From the NCBI GenBank assembly GCA_965209055.1, contig OZ242374.1, positions 2,880,001 to 2,944,000 on the forward strand: a DNA stretch of 64,000 nucleotides, in the 5' to 3' direction. The DNA comes from Acidobacteriota bacterium. GTDB lineage: Bacteria > Acidobacteriota > UBA6911 > RPQK01 > JAJDTT01. Of this stretch, positions 1 to 9,196 are shown one piece after another. The position numbers were made by a program, and so were the translations under genes. How positions within the stretch are numbered: position 1 is the first letter of the stretch; every line of letters begins with the position of its first letter. The notes under the pieces are model-generated. The model searched no databases, was not told the origin of the DNA, and saw nothing but the letters and a program-made list of their open reading frames with translations.

Positions 1-588
1 GGGGACCCGCCACTGGTGACCCTGAGGCGGCCAGTAGGTTCCGTCCTGGTCCAGGACCCGGACTCGCGCCGCCACGGCCGCGCCGCTGTCCCGGTCCCGC
101 AAGTGGACCCGGACCAGGTGCAGGGGCTGCTGCTCGGGGTTGTGGACTGCGAGTTCCGGCGGAAGGTCCGGGCGGCGTTCACTGCCGATGTGGACGATCT
201 TCCAGCCCGAGTCCCTCCGGCGCAGCGTCAGGGTCAGGGCCGGTTTGGTGACGCCATGGGACCGGTAGACCAGCACCGGATGGACCCGGATCGTGTCTCC
301 CACCTCCTGGTAGTGGGCGAAGCGGAGCCAGACGTGGGTGATCTTGTGCATGCCCCGGTGCAGGGTCTCCAGGTACTGCTCCCGGTTCTCGCCTCGGTCC
401 GTGGTCAACTCCGGGTCCAGGATCGAAGCCATGGTCTCCATGTCCCGGTTCAGGAAGCCGTTGGCCCAGGTGTGAACGGCCAGGCGGGCCTTCAGCATCT
501 CCTCGGTGGGATGGGCCGGCGCGTTGGCCCCCAAGAGGAAACCCACCAGAAGAACCGGCCATACCGCCCCGCGCCCGAGGCGGCTCAT
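1..588 (-). CDS. Secreted protein, partial (runs off the window start); possibly NTF2-like N-terminus followed by a CehA/McbA-type metallohydrolase region
   Basis: Not in the ORF track. Manual translation from ATG 588 is open to base 1: MSRLGRGAVWPVLLVGFLLGANAPAH (signal peptide-like) ... AARVRVLDQDGTYWPPQGH. Confidence 0.55.
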   Translation of the reverse strand, partial: MSRLGRGAVWPVLLVGFLLGANAPAHPTEEMLKARLAVHTWANGFLNRDMETMASILDPELTTDRGENREQYLETLHRGMHKITHVWLRFAHYQEVGDTIRVHPVLVYRSHGVTKPALTLTLRRRDSGWKIVHIGSERRPDLPPELAVHNPEQQPLHLVRVHLRDRDSGAAVAARVRVLDQDGTYWPPQGHQWRVP

Positions 589-667
589 GCCTCCCGCTCC
601 ATTCCGGTTCGACATGGGTTCCTCCCTTCTCCTGAGGGCCCTGGTATTGCGCCGGCGAAAACCGGGT

Positions 668-1915
668 TCAGGCCGACGGTGACACGTCCGGACGATATCC
701 CCCGCATCGCCGGTCCACGGCTGCCCCGAACGAGCCGATGACCAGACCCGAAACCCCCTCGGTGTCCAGAAGCCTGGCGTTTTCCTCCGGATCGTGCGCC
801 GACCACATGCGCGCCACGTGCAGCCGGCAGCCGTGGCGGGCGCAGTGGGGACCGTAGTCGTCGCGGATCGCACTGTACAGCCGGTCCATGGCCCCTTGGT
901 ACGCAGGCGAGCCTTTGACCAGGGGGATCGACCAGTAGCTCGGGATCCCGTGGTCGTCGACACCCTTGATCCCGTAGTGGTCCTCGTCGTTGACCAGGTA
1001 GCCGTAACCCTGGTGCTTGGGCCACAGGAGCCCCCAGAAAGAGGGGCAGCGCACCGCCACCTGGTCGATGACCAGATCGTCCAGCAGCTTCTCCCGGACC
1101 CAGGTCCTCCAGTCCAGGTAGAGGTTGCCCAGAGGCGGGCCCATGGTGTCGCCGGTGGGCACGCCGATTCCCAGCTCCATCCCCCGGGCGTCGAGGGCCG
1201 ACCGCAACTCTCTCAGGAACCGGGTCACCCCCTCTCCCCGCAACCGCCGCCACGGCTCAGGGTCGAAATTGCGCCGCATCATGTCGACGCCGTAGCGCCG
1301 TTCGTATTCTTCGACGACGGGCTCGTTGAATCCGAACTGGTCGCCATGGACGGCCGGCTTGGACTGGGAGCGGGTGCAGACGAAGACTCCGTCGAAGTCG
1401 TAGTCCCCCAGGGCCGCCAGGATGCGGCGGATGGTGTAGCGGCGCACGTCCGGATAGGCGTACTCCATGACGCCGTAGTGGGGACGGCCCTCCCGGTCCC
1501 GGGCCAGGCACTCGGGGTTGGCCATGGTGAACTGGCTCTGCCAACCGAAGGTTCCTCCCTGCCACCGTTCGCTCAGGGGATAGCCCTCATCGTACATGGT
1601 GGCGTAGACGTAGACCTTGTAGCCCATCTCCTTGAGCTTGGTGGTGATCAGTTCGTGCTCGTCGAAGCCCTGGTTCTCGTAGTCCTCGAAGACCCTTCGG
1701 GGCGGGGCGCCCGGGGCGCTGAAGCAGATGCGAAACTTGCTCCAGGTCTTCATCTCCCGCCAGTAGATGGCGCCGGCGCCGAATTCGCGCCGCCAGCGCT
1801 CGGCGCAGCGCAGGATCTTGCCGGGCCGGTCCATGGCGTCGTCCCCGTCCCAGGCTTCCAGGTGGTCGCCCCAACTGACGTTCATGATGGTCCGCTTGGT
1901 GTTGTTTTCAGCCAA
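668..1915 (-). CDS. GHL10/DUF187-like TIM-barrel protein, paralog B
   Basis: Near-identical to 1971-3218. TTG start at 1915 chosen because it follows the same GCGAGGTTGACC element as the paralog's ATG. Motifs YPDVRRY, YDFDGVF, FGFNEP. Confidence 0.65.
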   Translation of the reverse strand: MAENNTKRTIMNVSWGDHLEAWDGDDAMDRPGKILRCAERWRREFGAGAIYWREMKTWSKFRICFSAPGAPPRRVFEDYENQGFDEHELITTKLKEMGYKVYVYATMYDEGYPLSERWQGGTFGWQSQFTMANPECLARDREGRPHYGVMEYAYPDVRRYTIRRILAALGDYDFDGVFVCTRSQSKPAVHGDQFGFNEPVVEEYERRYGVDMMRRNFDPEPWRRLRGEGVTRFLRELRSALDARGMELGIGVPTGDTMGPPLGNLYLDWRTWVREKLLDDLVIDQVAVRCPSFWGLLWPKHQGYGYLVNDEDHYGIKGVDDHGIPSYWSIPLVKGSPAYQGAMDRLYSAIRDDYGPHCARHGCRLHVARMWSAHDPEENARLLDTEGVSGLVIGSFGAAVDRRCGGYRPDVSPSA

Positions 1916-1970
1916 GGTCAACCTCGCAGGCTTCGTTTCCAAACTGCCGCGCCGATGATCCGGACCGCAC

Positions 1971-3218
1971 TCAGGCCGGATTGGCCACGTCGGGGCGGAC
2001 CCCGCCGGCCCGACGGTCGACCACGGATCCGAACGAGCCGAGGGCCAAACCCGAAACGCCCTCGGTGTCGAGCAGCCGGGCCTCTTCCTCCGGATCATGT
2101 ACCGACCACATGCGGGCGACGTGCAGCCGGCAGCCGTGCCGGGCGCAGTGGGGACCGTAGTCGTTCCGGATGGCGCCGTCGAGGCGCTCCATGGCGCCTT
2201 CGTACGCCGGCGACCCCTTGACCAGCGGTATCGACCAGAAGCGTTTCTCGCCGTAGTCGTCGCCTCCCTTGATTCCGTAGTGGTCCTCGTCGTTGACCAG
2301 GTATCCGTATCCCGGATTCTTGGGCCACATGAGGTGCCAGAAGGAGGGGCAGCGGACCGCCACCTGGTCGATGACCAGATCGTCCACCAGCTTCTCCTCG
2401 ACCCAGGTCCTCCAATCCAGGTAGAGGTTGCCCAGGGGTGGGCCGATGTAGTTTCCGGCAGGGACTCCGATTCCCAGTTTCATCCCCCGGGCGTCGAGGG
2501 CCGATCGCAGTTCTCTGAAGAACCGGGTCAATCCCTCTCCCCGGAGCCGCCGCCAGGGCTCCAGTTCGAAGTTGCGCCGCATCATGTCCACTCCGTAGCG
2601 TCGCTCATACTCTTCGACGATCGGTTCATTGAATCCGAACTGGTCGCCATGGACGGCGGGTTTGGACTGGGAGCGGGTGCAGACGAAGACCCCGTCGAAG
2701 TCGTAGTCCCCCAGGGCCGACAGGATGCGGCGGATGGTGTAGCGGCGCACGTCCGGGTAGGTGTACTCCATGATGCCGTAGTGGGGCCGGCCCTCCTTGT
2801 CCCGGGCCAGGTACTCGGGGTTGGCCATGGTGAACTGGCTCTGCCAGCCGTAGATGCCTCCCTGCCAGCCCTCGCTCAGGGGGAACCCTTCGTCGAACAT
2901 GGTGGCGTACATGTAGACCTTGTAGCCCATCTCCTTGACCTGGGTGGTGATCAACTCGTGCTCGTCGTACCCTTTGCGCTCGTAGTCGTCGAAGACCTTG
3001 CGGGGCGGGGCGCCGGGGGGAGTGAAGCCGATCCGGAACTTGCTCCAGCTTCGCATCTCCCGCCAGTAGATGGCGCCGGCGCCGAACTCCGACTTCCAGC
3101 GCTCGGCGCAACGCAGGATCTTGTCCGGCTGATCCATGGCGTCGTCCCCGTCCCAGGCTTCCAGGTGGTCGCCCCAACTGACACTCATGATGTTTCGGTT
3201 CATATTGCTGTCCGCCAT
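1971..3218 (-). CDS. GHL10/DUF187-like TIM-barrel protein, paralog A
   Basis: ATG 3218 after GAGGT RBS; same motifs and same length (1248 nt) as paralog B. Confidence 0.65.
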   Translation of the reverse strand: MADSNMNRNIMSVSWGDHLEAWDGDDAMDQPDKILRCAERWKSEFGAGAIYWREMRSWSKFRIGFTPPGAPPRKVFDDYERKGYDEHELITTQVKEMGYKVYMYATMFDEGFPLSEGWQGGIYGWQSQFTMANPEYLARDKEGRPHYGIMEYTYPDVRRYTIRRILSALGDYDFDGVFVCTRSQSKPAVHGDQFGFNEPIVEEYERRYGVDMMRRNFELEPWRRLRGEGLTRFFRELRSALDARGMKLGIGVPAGNYIGPPLGNLYLDWRTWVEEKLVDDLVIDQVAVRCPSFWHLMWPKNPGYGYLVNDEDHYGIKGGDDYGEKRFWSIPLVKGSPAYEGAMERLDGAIRNDYGPHCARHGCRLHVARMWSVHDPEEEARLLDTEGVSGLALGSFGSVVDRRAGGVRPDVANPA

Positions 3219-3355
3219 GGTCAACCTCGCGTCTCCATGTCTCAGATTGAATGTGTGGACGCACGACAACCTGCGCCGCCGATCCGGAAATCACTCTGCC
3301 GGTGGATTCCGTCCCGTGGTGAGGCTTCACCATGTGCCGCCGGCTTCTCCCGGGC

Positions 3356-4672
3356 TCAGACCTTCGGGAGTGTCCAGGGTTCCCGATAGGTCCGGCCCAG
3401 CAACCGGTTGGCCTCTTCGTCATTGGTGAAGGTTTCGGTGGCGGCGTCGAACTTGAGTTTGTTGTTCGTGCGCCAGGCAATGTTGCCCAGATGGACGATG
3501 CCGGAGGCCACGTGGCCGATTTCGATGTCGCAGGCGGGCCTGCCGCCGTTTTTGATGCAGCTCAGGAAGTCCCGTTTGTGCCGGACGTCGTCCTCCCTCT
3601 TCGAGCCCTGGGCTTCGTGGAGCAGTTCGGCCTTGGGGCCGTAGGCGCGCCAACTGCGGTTTCCGATGATCACGTAGCCGTTTTCCCCGTAGACGGCGGC
3701 GCCTTCGACCAGGCCCTCCAAGGGAGGCCGGGACCAGAGGCGCATCTCGTACATGAGGATGCAGTTGGGATAGTCGTACATGACCAGTTGGGTGTCGGGC
3801 CATTCCTGGCAGTCGTCCAGGACCAGCTTGCCGCCGCTGGCGCTCACCGCCGACGGCCACTCGGGAAGGGTCTCGCCCTGGGCTTCGAGTCCCGCCTCCA
3901 ACCCGCGCCGGGCGTAGTCGAGGCGATGGACGCCGTCGTTGCCCAGGTCGCCGCAGCCGTAGTCGAAGAACCAGCGCCAGTGGCTGTGGAAGCGGAGTGG
4001 ATTGAAGGGACGTTCGGGGGCCGGTCCCAGCCACATGTCATAGTCGACGCCGGACGGAGGGGCGGTGTCAGCCGGGAACCCCAGGTTCCGGTTGTGGGCG
4101 CTCTCCCAACCCTTGGCGAAGCGGACCTTCCCCAGGACACCGGAACGGATGTAGTCGAACGCCTGTTGGAAGAAACGGCCGTTGCGCGACTGGATGCCCA
4201 CCTGCACCACCCGGTCGTACTTGCGGGCGGCCTCCACCATGGCCCGGCCCTCTATCATGTTGTGGGAGGCGGGCTTTTCCACGTAGACGTGCTTTCCGGC
4301 CTGGCAGGCCAGGATGGTGGGGATGGCGTGCCAATGGGTGGGTGTCCCCATCACGATGGCGTCGATGGACGGGTCGTCCAGCAGGCGCCGGAAGTCGGTC
4401 TCGGGTTTGGGGCGTTTCCCCTGGATCTCCTCGGTCCTCTTGAGCTTTTCCTCGAAGACCCGGGTGTCCACGTCGCAGACGTGGGTGACCTCCACGTCCT
4501 CCAGTTCGGCGAACCCGTAGAGGAGTCCTCCGCCCCTGCCGCGGACTCCCATGCAGGCGACGCGAAACTTCTCGTTGGGACTCTGGGCATCCTTCCGGAA
4601 TGCGGGGGCCGCCAGCGCCGCGCTCGAGAGTGCGGCGGACTTGAGGAACGATCGACGATTGGCTTGGGCCAT
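3356..4672 (-). CDS. Gfo/Idh/MocA oxidoreductase with Tat signal
   Basis: NRRSFLK twin-arginine motif; GVRGRG, HVYVEKP, NDGVHRLD. Confidence 0.9.
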   Translation of the reverse strand: MAQANRRSFLKSAALSSAALAAPAFRKDAQSPNEKFRVACMGVRGRGGGLLYGFAELEDVEVTHVCDVDTRVFEEKLKRTEEIQGKRPKPETDFRRLLDDPSIDAIVMGTPTHWHAIPTILACQAGKHVYVEKPASHNMIEGRAMVEAARKYDRVVQVGIQSRNGRFFQQAFDYIRSGVLGKVRFAKGWESAHNRNLGFPADTAPPSGVDYDMWLGPAPERPFNPLRFHSHWRWFFDYGCGDLGNDGVHRLDYARRGLEAGLEAQGETLPEWPSAVSASGGKLVLDDCQEWPDTQLVMYDYPNCILMYEMRLWSRPPLEGLVEGAAVYGENGYVIIGNRSWRAYGPKAELLHEAQGSKREDDVRHKRDFLSCIKNGGRPACDIEIGHVASGIVHLGNIAWRTNNKLKFDAATETFTNDEEANRLLGRTYREPWTLPKV

Positions 4673-4803
4673 GTGAATCTCCGTGGCAGTGGTCCTTGCG
4701 GACGGTTGTCGGATCCGATTTGCGTACTCTCAGGTATGGACCGATCCGGCGTTCCTGTCAAGAACGAAAGGGAATCAGGAATGTCCGAAGCCGGTCCCCG
4801 CGA

Positions 4804-4832
4804 TTGACAGTCGGGGACGCCGTTCTTACGCT
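4804..4832 (+). promoter_or_regulatory. Sigma70-like promoter, probably giving a leaderless mRNA
   Basis: TTGACA (4804-4809), 17-nt spacer, TACGCT (4827-4832); ATG lies 8 nt downstream. Confidence 0.55.
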
Positions 4833-4840
4833 GGAACGCA

Positions 4841-5350
4841 ATGAAGGTCGCCGTCATTTCCGACACGCACGACAACTGGCCCAACCTGGATCGCGCCTGC
4901 AAATACCTGAACGGGCTGGGTATTCGCATGCTCCTGCACTGCGGGGACGTCTGCGCGCCTCTGACGCTGCGCCGGTTGGCGGCGGCATTCCAAAACCCGA
5001 TCCACCTGGTCCTCGGGAACGTGGACGGAGACCCGTTCCTCATGGTCACCCGGACCACCGAATTTCCCCATTTGCACCACCACGGCGCCGAGCTGGGAGA
5101 GATCGAGGTCGACGGCCGGAAGATCGCGTTGCAGCACTATCCCACCCTGGCCCGGGGCCTGGCCTTGACCGGGCAATACGATGCCGTCTTCTTCGGCCAT
5201 GACCACACTTGCCGCCAGGAAGTTCTGGAAGCAGGGGGGAAACAGGTCCTGCTGGCCAATCCCGGCCTGTTGGGGGACATGGGAAAATCCCCAAGCCTGG
5301 GACTCTACGAGACGGCGGACAACAGCTTCCGGATTGTGGGTCTGGGCTAG
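4841..5350 (+). CDS. YfcE/MJ0936-family metallophosphoesterase
   Basis: SDTHDN, HCGD, GNVD, GHDH and NPG motifs. Confidence 0.9.
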   Translation: MKVAVISDTHDNWPNLDRACKYLNGLGIRMLLHCGDVCAPLTLRRLAAAFQNPIHLVLGNVDGDPFLMVTRTTEFPHLHHHGAELGEIEVDGRKIALQHYPTLARGLALTGQYDAVFFGHDHTCRQEVLEAGGKQVLLANPGLLGDMGKSPSLGLYETADNSFRIVGLG

Positions 5351-5352
5351 AA

Positions 5353-6291
5353 CTACTTCAGGGTCGCCTGGAGCGCGGCCTCGTCCACCACGCACCACTG
5401 ATACTGATTCGGGCGTCCGGCGCCGTCACGAAGAGGCGGGCTGAGAACGGTCACGCCGAAGTCCAGGGGCGCGAAGTCGTGCTGGGCGGTCTCGTCCGCC
5501 ACGCGGAAGATGTTGTAGTCGGCGGCCGCCTCCACCTGGGCCAGGTCGATGAGGTCCCGCATGGCGAAACGCCGGACTGCCGAGTTCCCGATGGCCGTGA
5601 TCCCCACGGCCCCCTGCTCTTCCAGCATGCGCCCCAAGCGGTTGAAGTCGGTGTGGCGGTCGTAGTAGGCGCCGGCCTCGCCCGGCTTGGGCTGGTAGTC
5701 GAGCATGTCCTGTCGGACGATGGAGCCGTCGGGCCGCCGGAGCCGGACGTTCAGCGGGATGGTGCGGCGGTAGGGCACGTCGCAGAACCATTCGGCGAAG
5801 TGGTGGCTGGTGGAGGCGTGGTAGGTCATTCCCGCCAGCACGATCTGCGTGTCCAGCGCCAGCATGACGCCGAAGGAGGAGCGCAGATCGAAGGCCGAGA
5901 GGGAGGGGTCCACCTGGGTGATGACCTCGGCTCTGGGCCCGATGGCGGAGAAGGAGTGGCGAAACCCGGTGCTGCGGATCGACCGGGGGTGACGCCGCAC
6001 CGTCTCGCTGATGATCCCCATCTCCGAAGGGTCGTTCTCCGGGTCGATGAGTGGATTCTCCTCGGCCTCGTGGACGAAGGTGAAGTTGGGAGCCACCAGC
6101 GTTCCCGCCGGGCCGAGAACTTCCAGGAAGGCATCCACCACGGTTTCGGCGCCGCCTCGAATGTGCCCGAAGGTCCGCATGGCCGAATGGACCAGGACCA
6201 CGTTCCCCGGTCTCAATCCGATCCGGACCAGTCCCTGCCGAATCTCATCCTGCGTCAATCCCTTCTGGCCGGTCTCCTGCTGTGGCACCAT
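5353..6291 (-). CDS. AAC(3)-family N-acetyltransferase-like protein (start uncertain, 6288-6315)
   Basis: LVHSAMRTFG, GTLVAPNFT, MGIISE, HSFSAIG, TSHHFAE. Confidence 0.8.
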   Translation of the reverse strand: MVPQQETGQKGLTQDEIRQGLVRIGLRPGNVVLVHSAMRTFGHIRGGAETVVDAFLEVLGPAGTLVAPNFTFVHEAEENPLIDPENDPSEMGIISETVRRHPRSIRSTGFRHSFSAIGPRAEVITQVDPSLSAFDLRSSFGVMLALDTQIVLAGMTYHASTSHHFAEWFCDVPYRRTIPLNVRLRRPDGSIVRQDMLDYQPKPGEAGAYYDRHTDFNRLGRMLEEQGAVGITAIGNSAVRRFAMRDLIDLAQVEAAADYNIFRVADETAQHDFAPLDFGVTVLSPPLRDGAGRPNQYQWCVVDEAALQATLK

Positions 6292-6341
6292 GAGCCTCAT
6301 CATAGTTTGCGGCATTCGGTGACGCCACCCGGGAGGAACGT

Positions 6342-7835
6342 ATGGACAGGAATCTCTTGCAGTTGGGCCGCGCCGGCCACGCTGCTCCCATTCTCGCGCT
6401 GCTGGCACTTGGAATCGGGTCCGGTTGCGGACATCTTCCCGACTCTTCGTCCGTGGCGGAGCCGCTGGTGCTGAACCGCCAGCAGGTGCTGTTGCTGCAT
6501 GACGACCGGCTGGTCCGGGACCGGCAGGGCCTGGAGTTGGTCCAGGCCCGGCTCGAAAAGCATCCGGCCAATCCGCTGCTGGTCATCGACCGCCCCTGGG
6601 AGCGGCAGGGGATTCTCAACTACGTGGCTGTTCTTCACGACGAGGAAGAGGGGCTCTATCGGATGTGGTACCAGATCCTGGGACGGACGGAGGAAGGGGT
6701 CAACCGCAGCCATTGCCTCTATGCCGAGTCCTCCGACGGCGTCCGGTGGGAGAAACCGGAGCTGGGACTGGTGGACTTCCAAGGCTCGAAGAAGAACAAC
6801 ATCCTGTTCCTGGATCCCAATGAGCGGCCGCGGGGAACGCCCGTCTACTGGGTGGTGAAGGACTACGCCGCCGCGGACGCCGGCCGGCGGTTCAAGATGA
6901 TGCTCAATCGGTGGGACTTCCGGGGCCGGGGCGTGGGAATCGGCTGGTCCCCCGACGGGATCCATTGGGAATTCACGCCCTACGTCAACCGGTTGGGCGG
7001 ATTCGACACGCACAACCTCTTCTTCTGGGACGACCGGATCGGCCTCTACACCGGATATTTCCGGACCCACGTCCGGGGAAAACGGTCCATCGGACGGGCC
7101 ACGAGTCCGGACGCCTTCCACTGGTCGGCGCCTGTCACGGTCCACACCCTGGATGAACAGGATCCTCCCGCGTGGCAGATCTATGGTCCCGGCATCTTCA
7201 AGTACAGCCGGGCCCGGAATGTCTACGTCATGTACGGGGAGGGCTACGACTCGGAGACCGAGATCTTCCGGGGGCAGTTGGGCCTGAGCCGGGACGGAAT
7301 CCACTGGAAGCGGTTCCGGGAGGAGTATTTTGCCGACACCAGCGCCGGGACCTGGGATGCTGGCTCAGTTCGGCCGGTTCCCGCGGAAGCGGTGGTCGAC
7401 GGCCGGATGGCCGTCTTCTACACGGGCAGCGACCACTCCCTGCACGACCGGGAGGGGACGAGGGGCGTCGGTCTGGCAACCTGCCAGCAGGGAGCGTTCG
7501 CCGGCTGGAGGGCCCGGGCCGGGGGGACGCTGACCACCCGGCTCCTGTTGGCCAAGGACCGGGAGCCGGGACTGCTTCTGAACGCGGAAGCCGATGGCGG
7601 CGAGATCCGGGCGGAACTTCTGGACGTCCGGGGACAGCCCATCGCGGGGTACACGCGGGAGGAATGCCGGCCGTTGACCGGCAACGGGCATCAACAGGAG
7701 GTGGTCTGGGAGGGGCAGGAGAGCCTGGCTCCGGTGGTGGCCCGGGGGGCGTTCAGCGTCCGGCTGTATCTGAAGCAGGCCACGATCTATGGGTTGCGGG
7801 TGATTCCGCCCCGAAGCGTCCGGGCGCTGTTCTGA
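6342..7835 (+). CDS. Exported five-bladed beta-propeller glycosidase-like protein (GH32/43 clan-like)
   Basis: Hydrophobic N-terminus ending GSGC; repeated S-x-DG-x-x-W boxes; KHPANPLL. Confidence 0.65.
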   Translation: MDRNLLQLGRAGHAAPILALLALGIGSGCGHLPDSSSVAEPLVLNRQQVLLLHDDRLVRDRQGLELVQARLEKHPANPLLVIDRPWERQGILNYVAVLHDEEEGLYRMWYQILGRTEEGVNRSHCLYAESSDGVRWEKPELGLVDFQGSKKNNILFLDPNERPRGTPVYWVVKDYAAADAGRRFKMMLNRWDFRGRGVGIGWSPDGIHWEFTPYVNRLGGFDTHNLFFWDDRIGLYTGYFRTHVRGKRSIGRATSPDAFHWSAPVTVHTLDEQDPPAWQIYGPGIFKYSRARNVYVMYGEGYDSETEIFRGQLGLSRDGIHWKRFREEYFADTSAGTWDAGSVRPVPAEAVVDGRMAVFYTGSDHSLHDREGTRGVGLATCQQGAFAGWRARAGGTLTTRLLLAKDREPGLLLNAEADGGEIRAELLDVRGQPIAGYTREECRPLTGNGHQQEVVWEGQESLAPVVARGAFSVRLYLKQATIYGLRVIPPRSVRALF

Positions 7836-7916
7836 GGGGGGACGATTCCCTAATCGCCCGGTCCTGTTCGCGTCTCCCGGCGGCTCAAGAATCGGCGGTT
7901 AGGAAACCGCCGCTCC
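7836..7916. repeat. REP-like hairpin pair
   Basis: Degenerate GGGACGATTCCCTAATCGCCC and CGGCGGTTAGGAAACCGCCGCTCC (7893-7916) between convergent genes; the same units recur at 40.8, 49.2 and 56.1 kb. Confidence 0.75.
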
Positions 7917-7918
7917 AC

Positions 7919-9196
7919 TCACTCGATGATGGTGCCGATGACCACTTCTTCGGTGACGTTGTGGGGACTGATGACCTCACCGCCGCAGAGGTAGAGGGTC
8001 TTGCCGACCCGGCTCAGTTCCGCCGCCAGCCGGTAGACTCCCTTCGAGAGGTCGATGCCGGTGGCCTCTCTGATCTGTTGCTCCCGCTCCGGGTGGACCG
8101 GGAATGGAGGAATCTTGGAAGGAAGGGTCCGGTAGGTCTTCTCCACAGTGTCGAACACCAGGACATCGAAGTTGGGGGAGCGCACCGCGGGGATCCGGTC
8201 CTTGTACCGATACGGATGGTCCACCGGATAGTCCTTGATGCCGCCGGCCATGATGATGAACCGGTCCCGGTAGGCGACGGCTTCCATGCCGTGCACCGGA
8301 AAGGGAAGATCCGGAAGTCTCTGCCAACGCAAGGTTTTGAGATTGAGGACGTATCCGTCCGCGCAATGGCGCAGGTGTCCCTCGAACCGGCCGTTCCTGG
8401 ATTCCGCGTAGTTGACGTAGTCCCCGCCGAAGACGTAGATGTTGTCGCCGACGGCGGTCGTGGCGGGTGACTCGCGGGCCATGCCCGGCAGCGGCGGCAG
8501 GTCCCGCCATCCGGCGCCGGGATCGGCCGTGTCGAAGGCCTCCACCGAGTTGACGTAGGCGCCGGGGTGATCACCCATGAAGGGTACGGCGCCGAACGTG
8601 GCCTGTCCCCCGATCACCACGATGGTGGTGCCGCTGACGGCGGCGCCCGGCAGAAACCGTCCCACCCGGAGGGACGGAAGTTCCTCCCACTGTTTCCGGT
8701 CCCCGGCGCCGGAGAGGCGGAACATTCGATTGCTGGTGTTATCGTTCTGCTCCTCGGGCCAGATCACCCACCCGGTAAAGACATAGAAGTCCTCCCCCAC
8801 GGCAGCGCCCTGAGGCCACTTGATGCCCACGGGCAACTCGGGCAACAAGCCGTACTCCTGGGTCCGGGTGTCCAGGATCCAGCCCGAGACGTGCCTTCCC
8901 CGGTCCCGGATCTGCCATCCCTTGCCCGTGGAGCGCTGGCTCGTCGGCTCCCAGCCTGGGAAACCGGGTGACCCGGCAGCCAGGATCAGGTCGCCGATGG
9001 CCGCCTGGGCCTGCCCCTTGGTGGGCCAGGGCATGGAGGGGCCCATTTCCCAGCTGATGTCGAGGATCTCCGGCACCTCGCCGCCGCCTTCACTGCAGCC
9101 CGCGCAGAGTGCCAGCAGGAGCAGAGGCAGGGGCAGGACCGTCCGGTGCCTGTGGTCGGCTGCCGGCAGGCGTCTACGGTGGGCCATGGCGCTCAT
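7919..9196 (-). CDS. Kelch-repeat beta-propeller lipoprotein (NanM-like)
   Basis: Lipobox LCAGC; IYVFGG and W-x-x-LP-x-LP Kelch repeats. Confidence 0.8.
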   Translation of the reverse strand: MSAMAHRRRLPAADHRHRTVLPLPLLLLALCAGCSEGGGEVPEILDISWEMGPSMPWPTKGQAQAAIGDLILAAGSPGFPGWEPTSQRSTGKGWQIRDRGRHVSGWILDTRTQEYGLLPELPVGIKWPQGAAVGEDFYVFTGWVIWPEEQNDNTSNRMFRLSGAGDRKQWEELPSLRVGRFLPGAAVSGTTIVVIGGQATFGAVPFMGDHPGAYVNSVEAFDTADPGAGWRDLPPLPGMARESPATTAVGDNIYVFGGDYVNYAESRNGRFEGHLRHCADGYVLNLKTLRWQRLPDLPFPVHGMEAVAYRDRFIIMAGGIKDYPVDHPYRYKDRIPAVRSPNFDVLVFDTVEKTYRTLPSKIPPFPVHPEREQQIREATGIDLSKGVYRLAAELSRVGKTLYLCGGEVISPHNVTEEVVIGTIIE

